Of a stretch of DNA of 64,000 bases, positions 28,610-38,275 are shown piece by piece. Each line of letters starts with the position of its first letter. The stretch's first letter is position 1. The stretch covers positions 92,185 to 156,184 of the forward strand of contig CAWJQC010000008.1 in assembly GCA_963844965.1 (NCBI GenBank), read 5' to 3'. This DNA is from an uncultured bacterium (lineage in GTDB: Bacteria > Patescibacteriota > Minisyncoccia > UBA6257 > 2-01-FULL-56-20). Both the position numbers and the translations under genes were made by a program. Below the pieces are notes generated by a model. It ran no database searches. It was not told the origin of the DNA and was given only the letters and a program-made list of their open reading frames with translations.

Positions 28610-29729
28610 TTACAATAAAATAGTAGACCCCGTAAATTGCAGCAAGTATGAACACAAGCGAAATCACGTTCAAGAGAATTCGTTTCACGCCGCCGATCTG
28701 GAGAACTTTTTTCCCGACCAAAATTATCAAGAGATACTGCAAGCTCAAGAACACGCCGCCGGTGAGGCCAATCACGTTAGCGAAATTATTCAAACCAAGG
28801 TAAACCAGAGCTAGCGGCAAAAGAAGCGTAATTCCAAGGCCTAATCCTCGCGACAGGCGCAGGTCGTTAACGAGCGAGTGCTTGATCTCCAAACTTATGG
28901 GTAAATGCGAGGTCCAGATCGCGAAGATGCCCATAACGGCGAGCAGGGCAATTTTGTAGCCCGGCCAGCCGATGAGCCCAGACAAAGTATCCGATGTGAT
29001 CATGGACGATGAACCGAAAATTCCCACGACAAACATAAGATACAGCACCGCGACGATCGCAGTTCCCGCGGCCAGCGCCAAATACGGCTGAGCCGCCGGC
29101 GCAAGGTCGGATTTCAATCTCCTCTCCGTGTCAAACACCGGCTCAACCGCGGTCCAGCCGGCCAATGCGAAAAGGATCGCGCCGAAAGGAAAAAAAATAT
29201 TCCTGAAATTGACGGCGTGAGCGGCAGACAACGCCCCGACCGGATTTGAAGAAAAAAAGATGAAAAATATTATGGCTGCGGTTAAAATTATTCCTAAAAT
29301 TTCCAAGTTAAGACCGCGGCGTTCCTTAAGTAGGAGCGGCAACGCTGTCACAAACCAAAAGATGGGTAAAGCCAGTGCCACAGGCACAAAAGGAAACAAT
29401 AATCTGACGAACTGACCTCCCAAAATCAAATAAGCGACAAGCGCCAAGATCAAGCCTCCCAATATCACGAACAATCCAACGCCAAAACCCAATCTGCCAA
29501 GGTATCCGCGCGAGAGGCCGAGCAATCTGTTCCTCTCTTTAACTTTTTCCAAGACGCGGAAATACAAAGCGTGAGCGGACACGACAATCGCCGAAAAAAT
29601 CAGCAAATAAAAAAGGCCGGTAAACCATCCGGCCGCGAGAAACACGTAAGGCAGTGCGAAAACTCCCGCTCCGATAGTCGCCGCGGCCGCAAGCCCGGCT
29701 TCTTTCACGAAACTTTTTAGCGGACCCAT
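28596..29729 (-). CDS. amino-acid permease-like polytopic membrane transporter
   Basis: 377 aa, about 11 TM helices. N-terminal KSFVKEAGLAAAATIGAGVFALP resembles aromatic/APC-type permeases. Confidence 0.5.
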   Translation of the reverse strand: MGPLKSFVKEAGLAAAATIGAGVFALPYVFLAAGWFTGLFYLLIFSAIVVSAHALYFRVLEKVKERNRLLGLSRGYLGRLGFGVGLFVILGGLILALVAYLILGGQFVRLLFPFVPVALALPIFWFVTALPLLLKERRGLNLEILGIILTAAIIFFIFFSSNPVGALSAAHAVNFRNIFFPFGAILFALAGWTAVEPVFDTERRLKSDLAPAAQPYLALAAGTAIVAVLYLMFVVGIFGSSSMITSDTLSGLIGWPGYKIALLAVMGIFAIWTSHLPISLEIKHSLVNDLRLSRGLGLGITLLLPLALVYLGLNNFANVIGLTGGVFLSLQYLLIILVGKKVLQIGGVKRILLNVISLVFILAAIYGVYYFIVSPHT

Positions 29730-29769
29730 TGAGGATTTACCGATTACTAATTGCCAATTTCCAAACTAG

Positions 29770-30033
29770 TTATTCCGCCCCAAAAACCTGGTCTCCTTCC
29801 CGGACCTTGCCCTCAACTTTAATGCCGACTTCCTGGCCCTTTTTTGCTGACTCTATCGGTTTGTGGTCGTACTGCATTGATTTTATATCTTCCGTAAAAT
29901 CGGTTGTCGCGCCCTTATAGTGGAGTTTTGCGCCAACGTCAACCTTCTTATTGAATTTAACGATGGCAACCTCCAAATTGCCGAAGTAGTGGGTCACCTC
30001 CCCGATCGGTTTTGGTTCCGAAGATTTTGGCAT
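29770..30033 (-). CDS. hypothetical small protein
   Basis: 87 aa. Confidence 0.3.
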   Translation of the reverse strand: MPKSSEPKPIGEVTHYFGNLEVAIVKFNKKVDVGAKLHYKGATTDFTEDIKSMQYDHKPIESAKKGQEVGIKVEGKVREGDQVFGAE

Positions 30034-30128
30034 TGTATTATTGTTAATCGCTCAGCGCCAAGCACGTATCACACAATTCGCAGTTCGCACTTTGCGCTTA
30101 GCCAATAAATTTTCGACCTTTGCTCAAT

Positions 30129-30722
30129 TTATTTCTCCTTCTCCTCTTCTTCTATCAAGGTCACGACCTTGTCCAGAAGCTCCTCTGGATCACCCGAATA
30201 AACCACCTTGCCGCCGCCTTTGCGCGACTTCTCAATTATTTCCTTAATCATATCGCATACGCCACCCGTGCCGGTCAAAACCCCCTGTGGCTTCTGATCC
30301 TCAAAGCCGATGGTGAATTCGTTCAAGGTCCCCATGCGCCCGCAAATCGTGATAATCGCGTCCGCGGAACGCGTGAGAAGTAAATTGCGCCCGGAGTATT
30401 CAAAGCCGGTATAAACTATAAGATCGTGATAGTCGGTGGGCAAATGGTAAGAATTCACGTGAGCAAGTTTTGACGCCGCCGGAGAAAGTCCTATCACTAT
30501 CCCTCCGGCTTCCTTCGCGCCCTTCGCTGCCCAGTAAGGGATGCCTGTCGTCGCGCCGGTGACCAAAATCATATTGCGCTCGGCGATTAATTTGCCGAGC
30601 CTCTCGGCCTTCTCCACGGCGTCTTGCGAGCAAATATCGGTTTCGGCCGCTCCCGAAATGCAAATTTTATACTTAAGATGCTGTGTCCCCAATTTGGAAT
30701 GATTTGCCTTCATCTTTGGCAT
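30129..30722 (-). CDS. LOG/TIGR00725-family Rossmann-fold nucleotide-binding protein
   Basis: ISGAAETD…GGIVIGLSP…GRMGTLNEF resembles LOG (lysine decarboxylase-like) family proteins. Confidence 0.55.
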   Translation of the reverse strand: MPKMKANHSKLGTQHLKYKICISGAAETDICSQDAVEKAERLGKLIAERNMILVTGATTGIPYWAAKGAKEAGGIVIGLSPAASKLAHVNSYHLPTDYHDLIVYTGFEYSGRNLLLTRSADAIITICGRMGTLNEFTIGFEDQKPQGVLTGTGGVCDMIKEIIEKSRKGGGKVVYSGDPEELLDKVVTLIEEEEKEK

Positions 30723-30854
30723 GGTCTAAGTATAACAAATATAAAAAATAATTCGAGCGTTGAACACTCTATAACTTTCCAATTTCTGTCCGGCGCGACG
30801 CGAAGCTGGCCTTTTTCGTAGATGCGTCTTATGTGGTGCTCGCAAGATTTAAAA

Positions 30855-31134
30855 TGAACTACCGCCGCTTAAGAGCGGTGGTATTAGAACTGCCACGCCT
30901 CGCACGCAACCAGATTTTACATCACTTAGCATGCGGTAGTTCACCCCGCCCCCACTTTTACTTATGACACTTGCGATTCTTTTTCCGTGTTGATGGCACA
31001 AACCTATACATTTTTCTCCTGACGTTTTAAGTAAAAGTGAGGCGGGGTTTATGTTTTCCATTCCGCAATCCTGCCCCGCTCTACTGGCGGGGGGGTATTC
31101 CTGCCTGCCGGCAGGCAGGCTTGCGGGGAAAACA
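30855..31134. repeat. hairpin-dense noncoding block: three consecutive long imperfect stem-loops plus the 20-bp palindrome (candidate structured RNA or degenerate MITEs)
   Basis: Inverted-repeat pairs: 30855-30864 with 30932-30941; 30943-30960 with 31030-31046; 31050-31067 with 31120-31134. Inner hairpins at 30859-30880 and 31072-31092. Palindrome at 31099-31118. The 30849..31142 track ORF is probably spurious. Confidence 0.5.
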
Positions 31135-31143
31135 TAAAACAAA

Positions 31144-32525
31144 TTAAGTCAGTTCAACTTCTTCTCCTGCCTTCGGCACTTCGGCGAGAACCGCGAAGTC
31201 GTCCTTGATTTTAGTGGCCAAGGCCTCGCTTGCGCCTTCCTCGCCCTGCACGACGAAAACTTTTTTAAGCGTTCTGCGCATTGGTTCAAGCCATTTCAAA
31301 AGCAACGGCTGGTCGGCGTGCGCGGAATAACCGCCGATTACCACCTTCCTGCAACGAACGGGGACTTCTTCCCCGAAAATTTTTACAGAGGTGGCGCCGT
31401 CAAGAATCTGCCTGCCGAGCGAGCCCGCCGCCTGATATCCGACAAAGAGAATCGTATTTTTCTCCCCGGGAAGGTAGCGCAATTCGTGATGCAGGATCCT
31501 TCCACTGTGCGACATGCCGGAACCGGCGACAACGACTTTCGGCGGCGGCACGTCGTTGATTTCTTTGGATTGCTCCGTGGTAAGCGTGAGCCGCAAGCCG
31601 GGGAAATTCAGGATGTCATCGCCGGAATGCGCCAATTTTTCCGTTTCGGGATTGAAATAATTCTCGTATTTTTTATAAATCGCCGTAAGTTTTATGGCTA
31701 GCGGGCTGTCAATGAAAACCGGTACTCGCGGCACTCTTTTTTCCGTAAACAACTGGTGCAGGTGGTATAGAAGCTCCTGCGTGCGTTCCATCGCGAACGT
31801 CGGTATGAGCAGCACGCCCTTCCGCCTCACGGTGTCTTCAATCGCGTCCTCAAGCATTTCCCTGCGCTTGTCTATCCCCTCGTGAACCCTGTCACCGTAC
31901 GTGGACTCAATCAGACAATAGTCGGCAGAATTTATCTTTTCCGTCGGTTGAATTATCGGCGCGGGATAATTTCCGAGGTCACCGGAGAAAACAACCGTTT
32001 TCCCCTCGGCGATAACTTTTATTATGGCTGAACCCAGTATGTGTCCCGCGTCAAAAAGCTCAACCCGCCAGCCCGAGGCCGGTCCGCCTCCGGAGGAGAA
32101 ATTGCCGATACTCAACCGGCGTGTGGTAATCAAGTTTCCGCCACAATTTCATCAGTTCAAATATATCCTGCGTAGTGTAGAGCAACGGTTTTTTCTCCCG
32201 TTCCGCTTCCTGGGCCAATATGTGCTCCGAATCTAAAAGCAAAAGTTCTGCGAAGTCTTTTTGTCGCGGGCGTGGAATAAACCGTTCCGCGGAAACCATC
32301 TTTCCAAAGTTTGGGTAAAAGACCTATGTGGTCAATGTGCGAATGGGTTATGAAAACCGCCTCTACGTTCTTGGGATCGTAAGGAAACGGTTCAAAATTT
32401 CTGCGCTCGGCATAATGGCCTCCCTGGTGAAGTCCGCAATCAATCATAATCTTTTTCCCACCCGACTCAAGAATATAGTTGGCGCCGGTAACCTCGCCGA
32501 CGCCACCATAGAAAGTTAAACGCAT
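31144..32525 (-). CDS. rnj: ribonuclease J-like (metallo-beta-lactamase / beta-CASP / RMMBL) protein, split by two frameshifts (about 32290 in an A5 run, and about 32110)
   Basis: HxHxDH motif (ITHSHIDHIGLLPKL) in frame A; KDFAELLLLDSEHI… in frame B; beta-CASP/RMMBL body (…VVAGSGMSHSGRILHH…GGYSAHAD…) in frame C. Confidence 0.75.
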
Positions 32526-32587
32526 TCTTAAATTGTAAATCTCCTTAATGATAAAAACAAAGCGCGTTGACGCAAATTTGTGTGAAG

Positions 32588-33898
32588 TTATCGATGCCCG
32601 CTCTTGAGTGTCTCCTCAACGACAAGTCGTTCGTTCCAGGGAATTTTTTCGCCTTTTTCTATATGAATCCAGTCCTCGCTTCCCTTGCCGGTCAGCACAA
32701 CAACGTCGCCGTTTCTGGCCACAGAAACCGCTTTCTTAATCGCCTCGCGCCGGTCGGTAAGTTCCCTTGTCGCATATCGCTTGTCACTTGTCACTCCGGA
32801 TTTTATCTCCGATAAAATCTGGCTAGGATTTTCGTCGTATGGGTCTTCGTTCGTCAGAATAATTTCATTGCAATATTCGGCGGCGATTTTTCCCATTTCC
32901 GGCCGCTTCCACCTGTCTCTGCCGCCACCCGCCGCCCCGAGAACACATATCAACTTGGACCTTGGAACTTTCAAAAAAGAATAAACTTTTTTTAATGAAT
33001 CCGGCGTATGGGCGTAATCTATAACAACCGAGAACGGGGTTCTTTGCACAAATTCCATCCTCCCCGGAACACCGCGGAAGGATCGTATCGCCTCTCTCGT
33101 CGCGTCTTCGCCGACCCCGATATCTCGCGCTACCGCAACGGCGGCGGCAATATTTTCTTTATTGAAATCTTCCAGCGGAAATTCACTGCGTGAATTGTCG
33201 GCGGCAACCCGAAGCGGACCTCGCCGCGGCAATAGCCGAGAAACATTCCCGTCATTCACCGAATACGCGGCTGGTCTGAATTTCTTGAGCGCATCAAAAA
33301 AGAAACCGGCGCTCTTATCCTCCGCATTGATGAAAATCTTTCCGCCCTTCTCGCCCACATAGCGCAAGAAATCAAGCTTGGCCTCACGATATTTTTCAAA
33401 AGAACCGTGCGCTTCAATGTGCTCCGGAGCGAGATTTGTCAAAATCCCCATATTCCAATTCACGAACAGATGGCGCGACAAAATCACGCCCTGCGAAGTG
33501 GCCTCAATCAACGCATACTGGCAATCGGCGCGGACTGCTTTACGCAAGAAGCGTTGAATGTAGGCGCGGCCTGGCATACTGTTTCCCGTTGGGTTCTTCT
33601 CGGAGCGATCGCCGATTTTCACGCGAAGCGACGAAAGCAGGGCAGTTTTTTTGCCCGCCGCCTCTAGAATTGCGTTCAAAAGTTCAAGAGTCGTCGTCTT
33701 GCCCTTCGTGCCCGTTACGCCGACCACAAAAATATTCCTGCTTGGAAAACCGCAAAAAACTGCGCCGAAAAAAGCCCAAAGGAAATGGTAAAGCCAAGCC
33801 GCGCCCGACAAATTATAGAAAAACCCGACCAGGGGAAAATTTTTTATTTTCTCCATCATAAATAATGACCGGCCAATAAGATTGCTAAACTTTACCAC
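32588..33898 (-). CDS. Mur ligase family protein (MurE/MurT-like)
   Basis: VVGVTGTKGKTTT P-loop and IDYAHTPDS motifs of Mur ligases. Confidence 0.65.
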   Translation of the reverse strand: MVKFSNLIGRSLFMMEKIKNFPLVGFFYNLSGAAWLYHFLWAFFGAVFCGFPSRNIFVVGVTGTKGKTTTLELLNAILEAAGKKTALLSSLRVKIGDRSEKNPTGNSMPGRAYIQRFLRKAVRADCQYALIEATSQGVILSRHLFVNWNMGILTNLAPEHIEAHGSFEKYREAKLDFLRYVGEKGGKIFINAEDKSAGFFFDALKKFRPAAYSVNDGNVSRLLPRRGPLRVAADNSRSEFPLEDFNKENIAAAVAVARDIGVGEDATREAIRSFRGVPGRMEFVQRTPFSVVIDYAHTPDSLKKVYSFLKVPRSKLICVLGAAGGGRDRWKRPEMGKIAAEYCNEIILTNEDPYDENPSQILSEIKSGVTSDKRYATRELTDRREAIKKAVSVARNGDVVVLTGKGSEDWIHIEKGEKIPWNERLVVEETLKSGHR

Positions 33899-34466
33899 TC
33901 AGAATCTTAAGCGCAGCCTTCAACCGTTCTTCCAAATTAACAATTTTCTCGTCAACTTTTCCGAGCGCTGCCTTGGCCTGTTCGCGGCGGTAGCCCAAGC
34001 CGACGAGCGTCTCAACGAGGTCAGCGTCAACCTCCATTTTGCCCACGGCAATCTCGGATTTTTCTGATTGTACTTTGCTCTTCAATTCCAGAATAATCCG
34101 CTCGGCCGTTTTCCTGCCGATCCCCGACGCGCGCGTGAGCAAATCCGGTCGCCCCTCTTTGATGGCTGCCGCCAAATTTTTCAGCTCGGCAACTTCCATT
34201 ATAGACAACGCCGACTTCGGCCCCACGCCGGAAACGGAAATCAATAGCTCAAAAAAGTTCAATTCGGCTTCCGTCAGAAATCCGTAGAGTTCCAGTCCGT
34301 CCTCGCGCATATGCAAATGACAGAAAAATTTAACGGCCAAGCCAATGGGTGGTAAAGCACCCAGCGTGCGACCGCTTACAAAAACCTTGAGCCCCAATCC
34401 AGCCGCGTCCACAACCGCGAAGTGTTCGCTCTTTGACATCAGTTTGCCCGAGACGCTGTAGAGCAT
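33885..34466 (-). CDS. ruvA: Holliday junction branch migration protein RuvA
   Basis: …LYGFLTEAELNFFELLISVSGVGPKSALSIM… are RuvA HhH motifs. Confidence 0.85.
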   Translation of the reverse strand: MLYSVSGKLMSKSEHFAVVDAAGLGLKVFVSGRTLGALPPIGLAVKFFCHLHMREDGLELYGFLTEAELNFFELLISVSGVGPKSALSIMEVAELKNLAAAIKEGRPDLLTRASGIGRKTAERIILELKSKVQSEKSEIAVGKMEVDADLVETLVGLGYRREQAKAALGKVDEKIVNLEERLKAALKILSGKV

Positions 34467-34622
34467 ACCCAGTAGAGGAATTTCGAATTATAACTTTCGG
34501 CTTTCTCGACTAAGCCGTTGACTTGTTCCCGTTGCGCTGATGGTGAAATTGTCCATAAAATAGGTGTTCGGCAGTAGGCGTTCGAAATTCTCCTACTGGG
34601 CATAATTCAATTATACGGCTAC

Positions 34623-34650
34623 TTGCACTTTTTTTCATATGCCATATACT
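34623..34650 (+). promoter_or_regulatory. sigma70-like promoter for rpsT (TTGCAC-16-TATACT)
   Basis: Located 10-38 nt upstream of the rpsT ATG. Confidence 0.45.
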
Positions 34651-34660
34651 GAAACCTAAC

Positions 34661-34936
34661 ATGCCCATCACCCAGTCCGCAAAAAAAGCCATGCGCCAGA
34701 CGAGAAGGCGGTACGCAAGGAACCTCATCAAAAAAGAGGCCTATAAAAAAGCGGTAAAAAATTTCAGGAAACTGGTCGTAGAAAAGAAAGTGGAGGAAGC
34801 AAAAAAAATACTGCCTGCGGTTTATAAAGCACTGGACAAAGCAGCTAAAACAAACGTTATCGCGAAGAATAAAGCTTCGCGGCTCAAGTCGCGGCTTTCT
34901 CATCTGATAGCCAAATCAACCAAGACCTCCTCGTAA
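34661..34936 (+). CDS. rpsT: 30S ribosomal protein S20
   Basis: MPITQSAKKAMRQTRRRYARN…NKASRLKSRL. Confidence 0.9.
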   Translation: MPITQSAKKAMRQTRRRYARNLIKKEAYKKAVKNFRKLVVEKKVEEAKKILPAVYKALDKAAKTNVIAKNKASRLKSRLSHLIAKSTKTSS

Positions 34937-35721
34937 TCCAATTTCCCGGATTTTACCTTAAGATCATATTCCGCCATCTGCGGAACTCTCTCGCGCCAGC
35001 CGGAAGCCAAAATATTAAATATCTTGGGCGGCGGGTCGCCAATCGCAAAAAGTTTTTCAAGCGCTGCGATACGGGTTTTCAAATCCTGGCTTTTCAGTCC
35101 GCCGAATAACGCCCAGTAGTCGGGCGCTATTTCCAAATCCAAGTCGGCCAAGTCCTTCTTGTCAATAATGCCGCTTTTTAAGTTTCTGATTTTTTCAAGC
35201 TCGGTCACGAGTCCCCAGGTGTTATTCTGATAAACCGCGGCAAGGAATTTAAACGCGAAATCCGAAAATTCCAACCCAAGTTTTTTCGCCCGTCCCCTCG
35301 CGAATATTTCCCATTCATAGCCGGTCAAAAATTCAAATTTCTCCGCTGTCGCGGTCGGCTTTTCAATCAAAAAATCCAGGGCCTTGTTGGGCTTCCCTTT
35401 TTCCGAGCACAGAACAATTGTATCTTTTTTTGCGACAATTTCGTGGAGCACATCCTTTATTTTTTCCTCGTCCGCCTCATAAAGATTTTCCAAAATTGCC
35501 AGTTTCTTGCTCTCTCCTCCGGAGGCGGATCCGCCTACGGCGGAAAAAAGTGGCTGCGCGCGAGCGAACCCCCTGAATTCCTCAAGTGTATCTTTTCCCT
35601 CCTCGGCAAAATCAAATGTCCGCACGCTCAGGGCGGAGTATTTTTTCTCAAACTCCTTTATATACCATCTCTTTTTTTCTTCCCGGCGATAATCGTCCGG
35701 GCCGTAGAGGAAAATTATCAT
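34900..35721 (-). CDS. holA: DNA polymerase III delta subunit
   Basis: MIIFLYGPDDY… N-terminus and overall HolA-like length. Confidence 0.65.
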   Translation of the reverse strand: MIIFLYGPDDYRREEKKRWYIKEFEKKYSALSVRTFDFAEEGKDTLEEFRGFARAQPLFSAVGGSASGGESKKLAILENLYEADEEKIKDVLHEIVAKKDTIVLCSEKGKPNKALDFLIEKPTATAEKFEFLTGYEWEIFARGRAKKLGLEFSDFAFKFLAAVYQNNTWGLVTELEKIRNLKSGIIDKKDLADLDLEIAPDYWALFGGLKSQDLKTRIAALEKLFAIGDPPPKIFNILASGWRERVPQMAEYDLKVKSGKLDYEEVLVDLAIR

Positions 35722-37364
35722 TTTTTGATTGCCACTTTGATAAATTCTTTAAATAATGGATGCGGGCTAAGAGGGCGTGATTTCAATTCTGGATGAAATT
35801 GCGTTCCGACAAAGAATGGGTGCTTATCGTGCGGCAACTCGGCAATTTCCATTAGACGCTTATCCGGGGAAATGCCGGAGAAAATAAGGCCGCGTTTCTC
35901 AAGGCGCGAAATATAGGCGGGATTCACCTCGTAGCGATGGCGATGTCGCTCGGAAATATGCGTCATGCCGTAGGCGCCGCACGCTATGCTGTTCGCTTTT
36001 AAGATGGCCGGATACGCCCCGAGCCGCATCGTGCCGCCGTAGTTTTTTACCGCCAACTTCTCTTTCTGCTCGGGCATTATGTCAATCACAGGATACGGTG
36101 TTCTGGGATTGATTTCCGTCGTGTCGGCGTTCTTTAATTTCAAAACATTCCGCGCGAATTCAACAACCGCAAGCTGCATGCCGTAACAAAGACCGAAATA
36201 GGGAATTTTATGTTCGCGGCAGTATTCTATCGCTTTTAATTTACCCCTGACGCCGCGGCTACCGAAGCCGCCGGGAACTATTATGCCGTCATAATCGCCG
36301 AGTTTTTTAAGCTCGCGCGCGCTCCGCTCAAATTTCTCGGCATCAAGCCACGTTATTTCCGGCCTCACGCCCCAGAAAGCAGAAGCGTGCTTTATGGATT
36401 CAATCACGGAAATATAGGAGTCAGTAAGGACAAAGTTGCCGCTGCCGAAGTATTTGCCGACAATGCCAATCTTCGCCACTTTTCGCGAATTCTTAACAGC
36501 ACTGGAAAAACGGCGCCAATCTTTTAAATCCCTGCGCCTCGATTTAATTCCAAGTTTTTTTGTAATCCTGTTCCCTAAATTGTCCTTCTCAAAATTTATC
36601 GGCACATCATAAATACTTTCCACGTCTGGTGCAGAAATAACATTTCCTTTATCAATGCTACACATAAATTCTATTTTCTCTTTTCGTTTCCCGTCCAGCG
36701 GAACCGCCGCGCGTCCCAAGATAAAATCCGGATGAATGCCGACCGAATTCAAATTTCTCACGGCGTGTTGCGTTGGTTTCGTTTTCAATTCGGTGCCGCC
36801 GGCGCCCAATGCCGGCAAGAAACTTACCAGGATCAGAACAACATCCTGCGGCTGGCGCAGCTTAAGCATCCTCACCGCCTCAAGAAAAAGAATGTTCTCG
36901 TATTCCCCGACCGTTCCGCCGATTTCCGTAATGGCGATGTCCGCCTTTTCCTTGACCCGCGCCTTTTCAATTCTGCCTATCACCTCGAGCGGAATTCTCG
37001 GGACCACCTCCACCTGCCTGCCTCCATATTCCAAATTTCGTTCTTTTTGTATCACCGAAAGATAGATGCTTCCGGTCGTCATGTAGTTCGCGCCGGTGAG
37101 GTCGCGGTTCAGAAATCTTTCGTAGTTGCCCATATCCTGGTCGCACTCCGTGCCGTCGTCCAGAACAAAAACTTCGCCATGCTCCGTGGGATTCATTGTG
37201 CCGGCATCAACGTTCACGTACGGGTCAATTTTTATCGCCGTTACTTCAAAACCATAGGACTGCAAAATTTTCCCGATGGACGCCGAAGCCACGCCCTTGC
37301 CGACGCCCGACATCACGCCGCCGACAACGAAAATGTATTTTGGATTTACTTTTCTTTCTGGCAT
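35718..37364 (-). CDS. pyrG: CTP synthase
   Basis: KYIFVVGGVMSGVGKG…GLCYGMQ…GTQFHPE are CTP synthase / glutamine amidotransferase signatures. Confidence 0.9.
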   Translation of the reverse strand: MPERKVNPKYIFVVGGVMSGVGKGVASASIGKILQSYGFEVTAIKIDPYVNVDAGTMNPTEHGEVFVLDDGTECDQDMGNYERFLNRDLTGANYMTTGSIYLSVIQKERNLEYGGRQVEVVPRIPLEVIGRIEKARVKEKADIAITEIGGTVGEYENILFLEAVRMLKLRQPQDVVLILVSFLPALGAGGTELKTKPTQHAVRNLNSVGIHPDFILGRAAVPLDGKRKEKIEFMCSIDKGNVISAPDVESIYDVPINFEKDNLGNRITKKLGIKSRRRDLKDWRRFSSAVKNSRKVAKIGIVGKYFGSGNFVLTDSYISVIESIKHASAFWGVRPEITWLDAEKFERSARELKKLGDYDGIIVPGGFGSRGVRGKLKAIEYCREHKIPYFGLCYGMQLAVVEFARNVLKLKNADTTEINPRTPYPVIDIMPEQKEKLAVKNYGGTMRLGAYPAILKANSIACGAYGMTHISERHRHRYEVNPAYISRLEKRGLIFSGISPDKRLMEIAELPHDKHPFFVGTQFHPELKSRPLSPHPLFKEFIKVAIKK

Positions 37365-38155
37365 TTAGGACAAAAATAAGATGACCTTCCGCCAATTTTT
37401 ATTTTCTTTATTTTAGCACAGCACCGAAAACATTTCTCACCCTCGCGATCATAGACCTTACGGGAATCCTGGTAATAACCCGAACTGCCGTCGGTCCGGC
37501 GGTAATCACGCAGCGTAAAACCGCCCTTTTTGATGGCTTCGCGGAGAATTTCCTTGATTGAACGCACCAAACGCACGATTTCCCGACTCTTTAGCGCGCC
37601 ACTCCGTCGCATTGGGTGGATTTTGGCTGTCCATAGGCTCTCATCCGCGTAAATATTGCCCAATCCGGCGACGAGCCGCTGGTCAAGTAGTGCCGATTTT
37701 ATCAGCTTTTTCCTGCCATACAGCAATTCACCCAGCTTTTTAGCATTAAAATCCTTTGAAAGCGGCTCTACTCCCGGTTGCGGAAGCGATTGCGCATCGG
37801 TTTGCCACTCAATCGTGCCGAAACGCCGGGCGTCAACGAACCGCAAAACCGAACCGTCGGAAAAATAAAATCTCGCCCGTTCGTGCGGCATCCTTTCCGG
37901 GCCTAGCCGCATTTGCCCGGTCATGCGGAGGTGGATAATGCAACGTAAACCATTCTCAAAGCTAAGGATTATAAATTTCCCGCGGCGGCGCACAGAAACG
38001 ATTTCCAGCGGCAAAACAAAGCCCTGCCTGCCGGCAGGCAGGCGCGGCTTCCCGATTTTCTTCACGTCAAAAACCGCAAACTTAATCAATTTTTTGCCGA
38101 CCAAGATGTGCGAGAGCTCGCGCGTTATGGTCTCAACTTCCGGAAGTTCGGGCAT
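37346..38155 (-). CDS. mutM: formamidopyrimidine-DNA glycosylase (Fpg/MutM); carries the 20-bp palindrome in-frame (…KPRLPAGRQGF…)
   Basis: MPELPEVE N-terminus (Pro2 active site) and a C-terminal zinc finger (CFRCCAKI…CPKC). Confidence 0.85.
   Translation of the reverse strand: MPELPEVETITRELSHILVGKKLIKFAVFDVKKIGKPRLPAGRQGFVLPLEIVSVRRRGKFIILSFENGLRCIIHLRMTGQMRLGPERMPHERARFYFSDGSVLRFVDARRFGTIEWQTDAQSLPQPGVEPLSKDFNAKKLGELLYGRKKLIKSALLDQRLVAGLGNIYADESLWTAKIHPMRRSGALKSREIVRLVRSIKEILREAIKKGGFTLRDYRRTDGSSGYYQDSRKVYDREGEKCFRCCAKIKKIKIGGRSSYFCPKCQKEK
38023..38042. repeat. perfect 20-bp palindrome CCTGCCTGCCGGCAGGCAGG (copy 3, inside the fpg coding region)
   Basis: Identical to 22017-22036 and 31099-31118. 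Confidence 0.9.
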
Positions 38156-38199
38156 GATAAGAAATTTAAAATGTAAAAATCAAAATGTAAAATGAATGA

Positions 38200-38245
38200 G
38201 CCCTGCACCACTTTTGTGTACGCAAAAGTGGTGCAGGGCGATTCT
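38200..38245. terminator. bidirectional Rho-independent terminator
   Basis: GCCCTGCACCACTTTTgtgtacgcAAAAGTGGTGCAGGGC then GATTCTTT. Confidence 0.7.
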
Positions 38246-38275
38246 TTAATAATTTTATACCTTACGCTTTCAACT

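Noticed and set aside
30849-31142. RNase P RNA, SRP RNA or tmRNA identity for the hairpin block; also the 97-aa ORF 30849..31142
   Set aside because: Conserved P4/CR-I/CR-V, SRP domain-IV and tmRNA tag/T-arm signatures were not found by eye. The ORF is composed of inverted repeats and the palindrome.
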